Origin: Candidatus Hydrothermarchaeum profundi
Lineage (GTDB): Archaea > Hydrothermarchaeota > Hydrothermarchaeia > Hydrothermarchaeales > Hydrothermarchaeaceae
Length of the DNA: 64,000 nt
Direction: 5' to 3'
Assembly (NCBI GenBank): GCA_002011125.2
Contig: MTMF02000009.1
Location: 1,850,286 to 1,914,285, forward strand
Under the pieces are notes generated by a model, which had not been told where the DNA came from, did not search any database, and saw only the letters and a list, made by a program, of their open reading frames with translations. A program made the translations under genes and the position numbers. Shown here piece after piece: positions 9,331 through 19,156 of this stretch. Each line of letters opens with the position of its first letter. The stretch's first letter is position 1.

Positions 9331-9992
9331 TCACTCAGGTACAATCCTAGAGAATTCATCGAATTTATCATAGTAGGCATCCAGCACATATATTTCTCTT
9401 ATCCCGTTTTCTTGCATAACCAGCACATTTACTGCGTCATCAAAATCAATTTCATATTCTTCAGCCATGAGTGCTGCATTCTCTATTAACTACCCTATCT
9501 AACAGAGGGACCCATTTAATGTTTAAGGATTTCAGAGCCCTCATGGCTAGAGTTAATCTATCTTATCAAAGTTTTCTCTATTTTCTAAGATGAAATAAAA
9601 TACTGCGGATGTTAAGAAAGTAGTAGTAACTCTCTCTATGTTGATTTTAGGAGATAACCGTAAGAGCAAATTTTGCCTCCATGATAATATTCTTCTGGTT
9701 GCTTTAAAGCAACGCATAGGAAGATTCCTACATTAAAGAATCTCATATAAGCCTGATTTCCTTTCAAGAAACTTTTCTGCCGCCTTTTTCTTTAACTCTG
9801 TAACCTGATACCTCTCTAGTAGACCATCGAAAATCTCTACAGGATTTTCGATCTTTTAACGACTATCAATTTGATACCATCTTCTTCAGGTTTAAATATA
9901 ACCTCATCCCCTTCTCTAATTAAGTATTTCTTACAAATCTCTTTAGGTATGGTAATCTGATATTTAGAAGTCACTTTTGATTTTCCTTTCAA
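9331..9992 (-). pseudogene. Degraded AbrB/MazE-type antitoxin plus PIN (VapC) toxin pair
   Basis: TTG at 9992 gives MKGKSKVTSKYQITIPKEICKKYLIREGDEVIF (AbrB fold), then a frameshift. PIN fragments MRFFNVGIFL... and ...EYEIDFDDAVNVLVMQENGIREIYVLDAYYDKF lie in different frames. Confidence 0.75.
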
Positions 9993-10049
9993 AATAATTC
10001 TCCTTATTATAGCTATTGTCGATTACCGGGCAAAAATTTTATAAAATTT

Positions 10050-10343
10050 ATGAAAATAATCATACTAATGACATATATCGCTACTCTTGTAGATATAAAA
10101 GAAGTAAAGAGGCTACCGCCTGAGATAAGGCCCTACGTTGAATTTAAAGCACAACTCGAGAGCCGGGAATTAACCGGCAATGAGAAAGTTGCCATATTTA
10201 ATATAGCTACTACAACCGCTTATATCCCTGTGTTCCTAGATGAAGGTAAGTCTATAGAAAAAATTAAAAAAGAAATAAAGGAGGATGGACACGCATCAAT
10301 CAACCCTGATAGTCTCAGAAGATTAAGAGGGCTTCTCCATTAG
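10050..10343 (+). CDS. DUF749-like conserved archaeal protein
   Basis: PYVEFKA...KVAIFNI.TT..Y.PVFL pattern; convergent with mtd. Confidence 0.6.
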   Translation: MKIIILMTYIATLVDIKEVKRLPPEIRPYVEFKAQLESRELTGNEKVAIFNIATTTAYIPVFLDEGKSIEKIKKEIKEDGHASINPDSLRRLRGLLH

Positions 10344-11141
10344 CTTTCTTTTACTCAAGAGCTTTCCTTCAGCAGAATGCGGTCTTCTTAGGACGTTATC
10401 TTCCCCCTTTTCTATCTTTCTTACCTCATCGCACAGAAGAGCAGCCGCCCTTAATAGTTCATGGGCAGACGCTACTATAGGAATATATTCTTCGGAATCT
10501 TTCACTATAAAGCAACCTTTCACATTAAGCTCTCCAACTTTTTCAGCCATTTCATAAGCTGCCATTGCCATCGACTTAGCATATGGATTGTTTATCCCCG
10601 ATCTTTCTACTGCTTTTTTACTGTCAATAATAATTCTCGGTAGATATTCTTCCCCATTTTTTATTGCATCAATAGATTTGTCGATCTCTTCTTGTAATAC
10701 CCTAAAGGCTCCTGTTATAGATAATACTTTCAGCATCTCAGCATTAAAAATCGCCATCTCTATAGGATCTAAGAATTCCCTCCTAGCGCCTATCATAGAA
10801 TCGCCTTTCACAAAGACATATCCGAGACCCTCTTCTTCTAGTTTATCTTTTATTCTTATTCCCGGAGCATCTCCTATAATCACTGCCTTTTTCTTTGAGA
10901 GATTCTTAATTACCTTAGCCGGTCCAGGAGCTGAAGGGTTTGGAGTTGAATATAGTATAAGGTCTGGGTTTTGCTTCAGTACTTCACTCACAGGCTCTTC
11001 AACATCCTTCGGGCCCATCTTCGCCCCAGATGTCACCACTCTTACTTTTAAATCCTTTCTGTCCGCTCTTTCATCTAATAGAAGCTCTAACACTAGGGAA
11101 GAAGCAATATTCCCTGTTTTAATTACACCTATCTCTACCAT
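10323..11141 (-). CDS. mtd: F420-dependent methylene-H4MPT dehydrogenase
   Basis: GNIASS..LLLDERADR, SGAKM, DSMIGARREFLDPIEMAIFN; start taken at MVEIG. Confidence 0.95.
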   Translation of the reverse strand: MVEIGVIKTGNIASSLVLELLLDERADRKDLKVRVVTSGAKMGPKDVEEPVSEVLKQNPDLILYSTPNPSAPGPAKVIKNLSKKKAVIIGDAPGIRIKDKLEEEGLGYVFVKGDSMIGARREFLDPIEMAIFNAEMLKVLSITGAFRVLQEEIDKSIDAIKNGEEYLPRIIIDSKKAVERSGINNPYAKSMAMAAYEMAEKVGELNVKGCFIVKDSEEYIPIVASAHELLRAAALLCDEVRKIEKGEDNVLRRPHSAEGKLLSKRKLMEKPS

Positions 11142-11213
11142 ATTTCTCTTACCTCCCACCCCCATCTGGGTCCACTAAATATTTAAATATAGTGGGCTAC
11201 ATCAGGATTTAAT

Positions 11214-11486
11214 ATGTGTTTAAACTATAAGGACGGTAACTGCATAGTGACGAATAAGAAGTGCAAGTTCGGTGAAGACGGAGAGGACCTTTCCATGGGA
11301 GACTGTGATCTTCACGGGGATTACGATGTCTGGGTTACTGATAAGAAGATAATTGTTGCCAAAACTGAAAAAGGGTCTAAAGGAGAAGGAAAAGTTTTAG
11401 GCTATGGATTGAATTTTTTGGTAGCTGATGAACTAGCCTATAAGAAGTCTAAAAAACTGGAATTACCCGTAGATTACATAGAATAG
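11214..11486 (+). CDS. Hypothetical protein with Cys/His-rich N-terminus
   Basis: ORF with C-x8-C-x6-C...CDLH; TATA-like TTTAAATA upstream. Confidence 0.6.
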   Translation: MCLNYKDGNCIVTNKKCKFGEDGEDLSMGDCDLHGDYDVWVTDKKIIVAKTEKGSKGEGKVLGYGLNFLVADELAYKKSKKLELPVDYIE

Positions 11487-11488
11487 AG

Positions 11489-11728
11489 GTGAGACAAATG
11501 ATAGGTTTTGTACAAATTGGTACCGAGCTAGGTAAAGAGAGAGAAATAGCAAATAAGCTCCGTAAATTACCTGAAGTTAAAGAAGTCTATGGTACTTTTG
11601 GACACTTCGACATACTGGTTAAGGTAGAAGGAAATACGCCTCAAGACATTGGAGAAATCGTAATCGAGAAGATAAGACGTATTTCCGGAGTAAATATGAC
11701 CGAGACTATCATAACTGTGGAACTTTAA
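11489..11728 (+). CDS. Stand-alone Lrp/AsnC ligand-binding domain protein
   Basis: EVYGTFGHFDILVKVE...IRRISGVNMTET; likely start ATG 11498. Confidence 0.85.
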   Translation: MRQMIGFVQIGTELGKEREIANKLRKLPEVKEVYGTFGHFDILVKVEGNTPQDIGEIVIEKIRRISGVNMTETIITVEL

Positions 11729-11797
11729 CCTGAAAAACTTCTACCTGTACCAAGACAAAGAAATATATCATACCTACGGATATTGACAGTTGTTTAG

Positions 11798-12148
11798 ATG
11801 AAAATAAAAGAAGGAGACTGGATTTATAGAGAGGGATATAGAAAAAAGATACTCTCAGACGAAAAAAATTTAGGAAAAGGAAACTTAGTTCAAATCGTAG
11901 AAATAAAGCCAGGCTGGAAAGTAAAGCCCCATTATCACCAAATACAAACCGAATTTTTCTATATACTTCATGGAGAAGCAACACTATCAATAGGTGGTGA
12001 GGAGTATATAGCAAAGCCGGGTGAATGTTATCTATGCAAGCCAGGCAAAATCCATTTCGTAGAAAATCATGGAGAAGACGACTTCATGCTTCTAGTATTT
12101 AAGACTAATTGGAGAGAGAAAGACTCCTACTGGGAAGTCGATCTCTAA
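11798..12148 (+). CDS. Cupin-domain protein
   Basis: PHYH...EFFYILHG and PGKIH cupin motifs. Confidence 0.85.
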   Translation: MKIKEGDWIYREGYRKKILSDEKNLGKGNLVQIVEIKPGWKVKPHYHQIQTEFFYILHGEATLSIGGEEYIAKPGECYLCKPGKIHFVENHGEDDFMLLVFKTNWREKDSYWEVDL

Positions 12149-13249
12149 TTAATGAAGCCAGTTGTATAGGGTATCCCTCTGCCTAGGAACCCTACCTGCC
12201 TCAAGGATCATACGCTCAATTTCTTCTTTAGTTAGCATCCTAGAAGCAACCCCTGCAGCCCTAGATATGTTCTCCTCCATGAGGGTACCTCCAAGATCAT
12301 TAGCACCAAAATTTAACAGCACTTGTGAGAATTTTTCACCAAATTTAACCCAAGAAGCCTGTATATTCCTGAAGTTATCTAAAAAGATTCGAGAGACCGC
12401 TATTATTCTAAGGTCTTCCACGCCTGTGGCACCTCCTCTGCTTTCTCCGGAGAGGTATATAGGTGCATTAAAATGCACAAAAGATAATGGTATGAACTCT
12501 GTGAATCCCCCTGTTTCGTCTTGAATATCCCTTAAAATGCTTAAATGTTTAACTTGATCCTCCGCTGTTTCAATATGGCCGTAAAGCATTGTCGCAGTAG
12601 TGGGTATCCCTAGATTATGCGCCTCTTTTATGGTCTCTATCCACTCTTTGGTAGTGAGTTTAGTTGGACAGATTTTTCTCCTCACATCGTCATCTAGTAT
12701 TTCGGCAGCGGTACCAGGTATAGAATCTAATCCTGCGTTTTTTAATAACTCTAACGTTTCGTGTATGCTAATCCCTGATCTCTCAGAAGCATATTTTATC
12801 TCCATGGGTGAAAAAGCATGGACATGTACAGCTCCAATCTCTTTTATTCTCTTTATAATCTCGGTGTAGAATTCTACATCAATATCCGGGTGTAGCCCGC
12901 CCTGTATACATACCTCGGTTGCGCCCACCTCTAAGGCTTCATGGGCTTTAGCTACTATTTCTTCAAGTTTTAAAAAGAAGGCTTCAGCGTCCCCTAGTCT
13001 TCTTTTAAAAGCGCAGAAACCACAGCTTCCAATACATATATTCGTGAAGTTTATGTTCCTATTGACAACGTAGGTAACAAAATCCCCTACATTCCTCTCC
13101 CTTAACTTATTCGCTACAAGTCCAATAGCAATAAGGTCATCAGCGTTCGCGTGCATTAGCACTAATGCTTCTTCGGGAGTTATCCTTTTTCCGTCTAAAG
13201 CTTTCTCTAATATCTCTTGAACCTCAGGGCTTACGCTAACTAGCTCCAT
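12149..13249 (-). CDS. cofH: FO synthase subunit 2 (radical SAM)
   Basis: NRNINFTNICIGSCGFC, PGTAAEIL, NDLGGTLMEENIS; adjacent to cofG. Confidence 0.92.
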   Translation of the reverse strand: MELVSVSPEVQEILEKALDGKRITPEEALVLMHANADDLIAIGLVANKLRERNVGDFVTYVVNRNINFTNICIGSCGFCAFKRRLGDAEAFFLKLEEIVAKAHEALEVGATEVCIQGGLHPDIDVEFYTEIIKRIKEIGAVHVHAFSPMEIKYASERSGISIHETLELLKNAGLDSIPGTAAEILDDDVRRKICPTKLTTKEWIETIKEAHNLGIPTTATMLYGHIETAEDQVKHLSILRDIQDETGGFTEFIPLSFVHFNAPIYLSGESRGGATGVEDLRIIAVSRIFLDNFRNIQASWVKFGEKFSQVLLNFGANDLGGTLMEENISRAAGVASRMLTKEEIERMILEAGRVPRQRDTLYNWLH

Positions 13250-14235
13250 TTTACTAGGCCCTCAGAATCAGAATATGAATGTATCAAATCCTTGAGCTTC
13301 TCGGAATACCATCCTTTTGATATAAACCTCGGGTAAATGGGTAGCCTCTCTCTAAGCCTAACTCCGAGTTTTCTGGAAACCATTTCTAAATCCTCAATTT
13401 TTGGCCAATCTGCCTCAGGGTTTATATAATCTTTGGTGAAAGGAGAGATCCCCCCTAGATCATTAGCTCCAGCATCCAAATAGAGTTCTAATGATCCCAA
13501 GATTAGATTTGGAGGGACCTGTATACTCATAGTAGGCATTGTCTTTCTTGCAAGCCTTACAGCCTCCACCATATATCGTATAGAAGGCTCTGGGCGATTT
13601 TCCATAGGGGTACCCGGCTTTGGTTTAAAGTTTTGGATTATGACTTCTTGGATATGCCCATATTTATCATTAAGACTTTTTAATAGCTTAATAGAATCTA
13701 AAAGCTCGTCCCAAGTCTCTCCTATACCAATAAGCACGCCGGTTGTAAAAGGTATCCGCAACTTTCCAGCGGTTTCAATTACCTTAATCCTCTCCTTAGG
13801 GTTTTTTCCAGGACTATAATAGTGAGGCATGCCTTCTTGGCATAGTCTCTCGCTAGAATTCTCAAGCATTAACCCCATACTTGCATTGACCTCTCTTAGA
13901 AGCCTCATGTCTTCTTCGCTTATCACTCCCGGATTAGAGTGGGGTAGTAGGCCATATTTTATTGCATCCTCACAAAGCTTGTAAAGATACTCTATTATAC
14001 TGGAATATCCCCAATGTTCTAGTTTTTTCTTTATCTGGGGTATTACCTCCGGTTTTTCACCGAAAGTAAAGAGAGCTTCTTTACACCTTGCCCTTCTACC
14101 TTTCTTAAGTATATCCACAACTTCCCTTTTACTCATTATACGTGGTCTATCAGAACGAAACCCACAATAGCCGCATCTATTCCTACACGCATTAGTCAAG
14201 GGGATGAATACATTCTTTGAGTAAGTTAGTTGCAT
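13240..14235 (-). CDS. cofG: FO synthase subunit 1 (radical SAM)
   Basis: TYSKNVFIPLTNACRNRCGYC, SMGLMLE, DYINPEADWP. Confidence 0.95.
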   Translation of the reverse strand: MQLTYSKNVFIPLTNACRNRCGYCGFRSDRPRIMSKREVVDILKKGRRARCKEALFTFGEKPEVIPQIKKKLEHWGYSSIIEYLYKLCEDAIKYGLLPHSNPGVISEEDMRLLREVNASMGLMLENSSERLCQEGMPHYYSPGKNPKERIKVIETAGKLRIPFTTGVLIGIGETWDELLDSIKLLKSLNDKYGHIQEVIIQNFKPKPGTPMENRPEPSIRYMVEAVRLARKTMPTMSIQVPPNLILGSLELYLDAGANDLGGISPFTKDYINPEADWPKIEDLEMVSRKLGVRLRERLPIYPRFISKGWYSEKLKDLIHSYSDSEGLVKWS

Positions 14236-14296
14236 AAGACTTTACCTATTCCTTTACACAAATTTAATTAACGCGTAAAAGCTAAGTATATATGGG

Positions 14297-14926
14297 ATGA
14301 AATGTAAGATTTGTGGGAGAGAAAATTCCTGCTCTTCAATCATCTGTCCTTTAAGCGAGAGCAAAAAACAAGAGCAAGAAAAAACTAACTTAATTACTTT
14401 ATGGTCTAATAAGCTCCCTACTGAAAGCAAAAAAGACCCCTGGAATTTCTTTTACTCTATCGTTGGCTTCTTTGTATTAGGATTTATGGGGTCTTGGTAC
14501 TTTTTCAAGGATGGAGAGAAGATATTCAATGAGGACCTGGGTATAGTGCCAAGAGTTTTCAAGGCTTCAGCAGATAACCTTGCAAGAGGAGAGATATCTC
14601 TATACTTTGAGGTATATAACTGGAGCAAAGAAAAAGTCGTGCTAGAAGATGTTGACTGCCTTATCTCTATAAACAATACGCCAATACAACAATGTTCCGT
14701 AAAAATTGAATGCGAGATAGAACCCGGAGAAAACAAGGATCTAAAGCTAAAAGTTCCATTCTCATATGCAGAAGCGGGTAAAGCCGTGGTGGAAATACTA
14801 TCCGCTAGAAGACCCCGGTGGAACATATCCGGGGTCTCAGAGTTCCGCCTCCCCAAAGGCAAAACAAAACTGGTTTTCTCTCAAGATATTTACGTCGATG
14901 GTTATGGCAAAAATATGTATATCTAG
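14297..14926 (+). CDS. Membrane protein with LEA_2/WHy-like domain and N-terminal Cys cluster
   Basis: CKIC..C...C, one TM, beta-rich EVYNWS domain. Confidence 0.55.
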   Translation: MKCKICGRENSCSSIICPLSESKKQEQEKTNLITLWSNKLPTESKKDPWNFFYSIVGFFVLGFMGSWYFFKDGEKIFNEDLGIVPRVFKASADNLARGEISLYFEVYNWSKEKVVLEDVDCLISINNTPIQQCSVKIECEIEPGENKDLKLKVPFSYAEAGKAVVEILSARRPRWNISGVSEFRLPKGKTKLVFSQDIYVDGYGKNMYI

Positions 14927-15144
14927 TATTTTTTGGGTTGAAGTATATTGAATTTTAATAATTTTTTATCAGAGGAAAAGGGCATTTTTCGCCTGTTTTC
15001 TAGCATCTTCATCCCTATCTATGTCTTTTTTAGTTGTATAAAAAAAATAAGCTTAAATCTGGATTTTTTCATGTTTAAATGATGATTTCAATGTAAATAG
15101 AGAATTTATCATAGCTTTATCTCTAATGCGTGCAAAAAAATTTT

Positions 15145-15291
15145 TTAGACCTCAAACATGCCTATCCGGGGCTTCTTCTTAGGCTTTTCTTTGGGCCATA
15201 TGTTCTGGAAGATATCATCCTCTACTACAATGCCCTCTCCTACCTTAAGGTTCCACACGTCTTCAACGGTCACTTTCTTTTTACATACCAT
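15145..15291 (-). CDS. 48-aa putative antitoxin
   Basis: Not in track. MVCKKKVTVEDVWNLKVGEGIVVEDDIFQNIWPKEKPKKKPRIGMFEV begins 7 bp after the toxin stop. Confidence 0.45.
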   Translation of the reverse strand: MVCKKKVTVEDVWNLKVGEGIVVEDDIFQNIWPKEKPKKKPRIGMFEV

Positions 15292-15297
15292 GATCCT

Positions 15298-15564
15298 TTA
15301 TTTCACCTTCTTTTTATATAGCCTTTTCTCTTTATCATTGGCATCTCTTGCTGTAATCCCTTTCATGTAGAACATGTCTTTATAGGGTTCAGCGATTACA
15401 GCTAATATTCTTCCATAGTAACTGCACAGGATCAAGTATCTGTTATGCGTCGTCCTTTTAACGAACTTTTTACCTTTTAGAGCCTGGTTGACTTGCGACC
15501 TAGACAAACCATGCCTGGCGATATGCTGCTCGGCCTTCTTAGTCCACTTAACCCTGATCTTCAT
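15298..15564 (-). CDS. BrnT/DUF4258-like toxin
   Basis: W..KA.QHIARHGLS, GRILAVI, ITARDANDKEKRLY; start taken at MKIRVKW. Confidence 0.7.
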   Translation of the reverse strand: MKIRVKWTKKAEQHIARHGLSRSQVNQALKGKKFVKRTTHNRYLILCSYYGRILAVIAEPYKDMFYMKGITARDANDKEKRLYKKKVK

Positions 15565-15714
15565 GAATACCCAAAGCAAAAAAAAGCCTATGAAATAAGA
15601 AAAAAACATATAAAAACCGAATTTAAATAGTTAGACATCTTATTTTTAGTGGGAATACCGACTCCTAAAAAAATCTTTAAATAACATGAAGATTAGTTCT
15701 TTCTGGGTTTTAAC

Positions 15715-16407
15715 ATGATAGTGAGAAAACTAAAAGAAGTGGATGAACTACAACAAATGCTACAAAACTATAAGAGAGTAGCAATAATAGGTTGCGCGGG
15801 CTGCTATGGAGAGGGAGGAGTTAAAGGAGTAAAAAATACAGCAGCTGCGCTCAGAGAAAGGGGGATAAACATAGTAGCAGAAGGATTTACGGGAAGACAA
15901 TGTGCGTGGATGGAGTGGGCCTCAGAGAAAGGCTTGTCAGGTGAGGAAGCCATAACAAACCTTGCAAAAAACGTTGAATTAGAGAAGATTAAAAGCGCTG
16001 ACGCCTTTTTATCCTTGGCATGCGCCGTAGGAGCTCAAACTCTATTGAATTTCGTAGGAAATAGAGCATTGCTTCCCGGTTTTAACACATTTCTCAAGGG
16101 GAGGAGAGAGGGAGAAATATTTAAAGAGCAATGCCTAGGGTGCGGCAACTGCATGATCCATCGTACAGGAGGCCTGTGTCCTGTGACAAAATGTCCCAAA
16201 AGCGACATGAATGGGCCATGCGGGGGAGTTAGGACTAATGGCAACTGCGAGGTTCACCCAGACAGAGAATGCATTTGGCTGAGGATATATAGGCGACTTA
16301 AAGAGATAGGAGAGCTTGATAGGTTAAAGGAGAGAATTCCCGAGAAGGATTTCTCCCTAAGGACGCATCCAAGAACCTTGCCTAGAGGAGGGTGGTGCGA
16401 TGTATAG
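15715..16407 (+). CDS. metV: Methylene-THF reductase Fe-S/Zn subunit MetV
   Basis: CLGCGNC...GLCPVTKCPKSDMNGPCGG..GNCEV...CIW motif; overlaps metF. Confidence 0.85.
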   Translation: MIVRKLKEVDELQQMLQNYKRVAIIGCAGCYGEGGVKGVKNTAAALRERGINIVAEGFTGRQCAWMEWASEKGLSGEEAITNLAKNVELEKIKSADAFLSLACAVGAQTLLNFVGNRALLPGFNTFLKGRREGEIFKEQCLGCGNCMIHRTGGLCPVTKCPKSDMNGPCGGVRTNGNCEVHPDRECIWLRIYRRLKEIGELDRLKERIPEKDFSLRTHPRTLPRGGWCDV

Positions 16408-17287
16408 TAAACTCATGAAATCTCTAAAGGAAGAAGAATTTACTATAAGCGGGGAAATAGACCCTCCGAAAGGAGCTAACAGAGAAACTATAGTGCACCA
16501 AGCTAAGCTATTAAAAGACCATGTCGTCGCTGCAAATGTCACAGATAACCCATTAGGAATAGTTATAATGAACACACTAGTTCCCTGCCATATAATGCAA
16601 AACGAGGTCGGACTTGAGGCTGTTTATCAGATGACATGTAGGGATAGAAATAGGATAGCGATGCAGGCGGACTTGCTTGGGGCAGCTGCCCTTGGGATAC
16701 GCAATGTCCTCGCTCTATCAGGAGATCATCCGAGATGGGGCGATCATCCTCAGGCAAAACCGGTTTTTGACCTCGACTCAGTACAGTTAACTGCGATGAT
16801 CAGAAAAATGGTCGATGAGAAAAAAGACTGGGCTGGAAACGATCTTGATGTCGCTCCACAGATGCATATAGGTGTAGGACTCACAGCAAATATGGTATCA
16901 CTAGAAGCCGAGATAATAAAGCTCGAGAAGAAGATTGAAGCGGGAGCCGAGTTTGTTCAAACCCAGCTTATATATGATACTAAAGTGATGGAGAAGCTAA
17001 AAGAGGCGACATCACATTTAGACGTTCCAATCTTGATAGGTGTTGCTCCCTTAAAATCCGTGGGTATGGCAAAGTTCATGGCAAAGAATGTTCCTGGAGT
17101 CGTAATACCCGACGACATGATGAAAAGGCTTGAAGACTCAAAGAATATAAGAGAAACGACAATAGATATAACCGCAGATCTTATCCGAGAAATAAAAGAA
17201 CTAGGATTTGCAGGCGTACATATAATGCCCGTAGGGATGGAGGATGCTGTAGGGGAGATAATAAAAAGATCCGGAGTTAAGAAATAA
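16400..17287 (+). CDS. metF: Methylenetetrahydrofolate reductase
   Basis: EIDPPKG, NVTDN, TCRDRNR, LSGD, GAEFVQTQ. Confidence 0.9.
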   Translation: MYSKLMKSLKEEEFTISGEIDPPKGANRETIVHQAKLLKDHVVAANVTDNPLGIVIMNTLVPCHIMQNEVGLEAVYQMTCRDRNRIAMQADLLGAAALGIRNVLALSGDHPRWGDHPQAKPVFDLDSVQLTAMIRKMVDEKKDWAGNDLDVAPQMHIGVGLTANMVSLEAEIIKLEKKIEAGAEFVQTQLIYDTKVMEKLKEATSHLDVPILIGVAPLKSVGMAKFMAKNVPGVVIPDDMMKRLEDSKNIRETTIDITADLIREIKELGFAGVHIMPVGMEDAVGEIIKRSGVKK

Positions 17288-17289
17288 AC

Positions 17290-19071
17290 TTATTCCACTC
17301 TCTTCGAGTATACACGTAATATATCCTGCCTAGTGACTATCCCAATAATTCTAGAAGGATTTTCTTTATCCACTACAAAAAAAGTCTGAATTCCAGTGTT
17401 ATCCATATTTTTTATAACATCGAAAAGAGAGCACTCGGGATAGATTATGGGGGGATCGCTAAGTATATCGCCAACACGAGTTTCACCCCACTTTTCGAAC
17501 GGTATATCCATAATTCTCTTTAAGGTAACAGCGCCAATAAGCCTACCATTGTCAACCACAGGCAACGAATCCAGTCCATATTTTATATGAACTACCGCTT
17601 TGCTCAGCATTGTGTCTGGAGGAACTGAGATGAACTCCTGCCTGGTGGCCTCCATAACTGTAGGTATCTTGAGAAGAGACATGAAATACTCTCGCATATG
17701 AGCAGGAGAATCCAGTCTCGTCGGAACTTTCTCGCTATAAATGGATTTATCACCTGTCAAAATCAATGATCCTACAATAGCAACCATAGCTGGAAAAAGA
17801 AGCGAAAAGTCATTAGTCATCTCACTAACCATGATAATAACTGCGACTGGTGCTCTTGCCACACCACCAAATAAAGCCATCATCCCGATAACTACAAATG
17901 CGGGAATAGCCTCAATAGGAACAATTGCAGGGAAAAACATGTTAAAAACCGCACCAATCACTCCTCCTACCATCGCTCCAATAAATAGTCCCGGAGCAAA
18001 TACTCCTCCACTACCCCCCGAGCCTATAGTAAATGAAGTCATAAATATTTTAGTAAAAAGTAGTATAAGCATGATCTTTATTGGGAGATAGTTATACATC
18101 GCGAGTTGTATAAAACCATATCCCATTGCTAGTCCACCAATCCCCGCTACACCACCATGTTCTGGAATTAATGTAGCTAGAATAACTGCTGAAACACCCA
18201 CAATAGCCGCGCCTACAGCTGGCTTAAAGTGAACCGGTATTCTCAGAGCTTTAAAGAAATCTCTCGTTTTATAAAAAGAAAATATGTAAAGCCTCCCTAT
18301 AACTGCACAAGCCACTCCAAGAATAACGAAAAGAGGAATTTGCCCAATATTCCACGGGTAATGCTCTGCATAGAACACAGGATCAAATCCCTCGAAGGAA
18401 GAGAAAATGCTAAAGCCAACTATAGAGGCTATAACGGAGGGTATAAGCGCCTCTTTCTCGAAGTCGTTCATATATAGTATCTCTGTACTAAGAAGTGCCC
18501 CACCTAAAGGAGCTTTAAAGATGCTTCCTACACCCGCACCTATCCCTACCGTCACAGCTAACCTTCTATCATGAGCATTTAGTTTCAAAATAGAGCCTAT
18601 AATAGAGCCAAATCCAGCAGCTACTTGAGCAATTGGACCTTCCCTCCCAGCACTGCCTCCGGTAGATATAGTTAAAATCGATGCAACCATTTTAACAAGC
18701 GGTATCCGTTTCTTAATAACTCCTTCCTCCTTATGGAATGCCCGTATAGCAGCGTCAGTACCATGTCCTTCTGCCTCTGGAGCAATAGTGAATACAATCA
18801 TGCCAGAAAGCAGGCCTCCTAGAGTCATTATTACTGGAATCGCCCAAAGTCTAGATGGCTTGTCCCAATTGAGAGTTTCGCTCAAACCTTTTCCGGACTC
18901 TGGAGGAAAAAATCCGGCTCCATATCCAAGAAAATAGTATGTTCCATATTTAAGACCTTCATAAAAGATTATGGAACCAATCCCTGCAACTATGCCGATA
19001 AGCAATCCTATGAGTGTCCATTTCTTTAGATAGCTTATCTCAGCACTTTTTAGGAGTTCATTAAGATGCAT
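17290..19071 (-). CDS. ClC chloride channel/antiporter with CBS pair
   Basis: GHGTD, GREGP, GGVFAP motifs; C-terminal CBS domains. Confidence 0.92.
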   Translation of the reverse strand: MHLNELLKSAEISYLKKWTLIGLLIGIVAGIGSIIFYEGLKYGTYYFLGYGAGFFPPESGKGLSETLNWDKPSRLWAIPVIMTLGGLLSGMIVFTIAPEAEGHGTDAAIRAFHKEEGVIKKRIPLVKMVASILTISTGGSAGREGPIAQVAAGFGSIIGSILKLNAHDRRLAVTVGIGAGVGSIFKAPLGGALLSTEILYMNDFEKEALIPSVIASIVGFSIFSSFEGFDPVFYAEHYPWNIGQIPLFVILGVACAVIGRLYIFSFYKTRDFFKALRIPVHFKPAVGAAIVGVSAVILATLIPEHGGVAGIGGLAMGYGFIQLAMYNYLPIKIMLILLFTKIFMTSFTIGSGGSGGVFAPGLFIGAMVGGVIGAVFNMFFPAIVPIEAIPAFVVIGMMALFGGVARAPVAVIIMVSEMTNDFSLLFPAMVAIVGSLILTGDKSIYSEKVPTRLDSPAHMREYFMSLLKIPTVMEATRQEFISVPPDTMLSKAVVHIKYGLDSLPVVDNGRLIGAVTLKRIMDIPFEKWGETRVGDILSDPPIIYPECSLFDVIKNMDNTGIQTFFVVDKENPSRIIGIVTRQDILRVYSKRVE

Positions 19072-19156
19072 TAAAACAAGTCTATAATATTATTGATAAG
19101 ATAAAAGTTTCCTAGCTACGTTAATTATAAATAATCTTCAGACCTAACGGCTGGTA

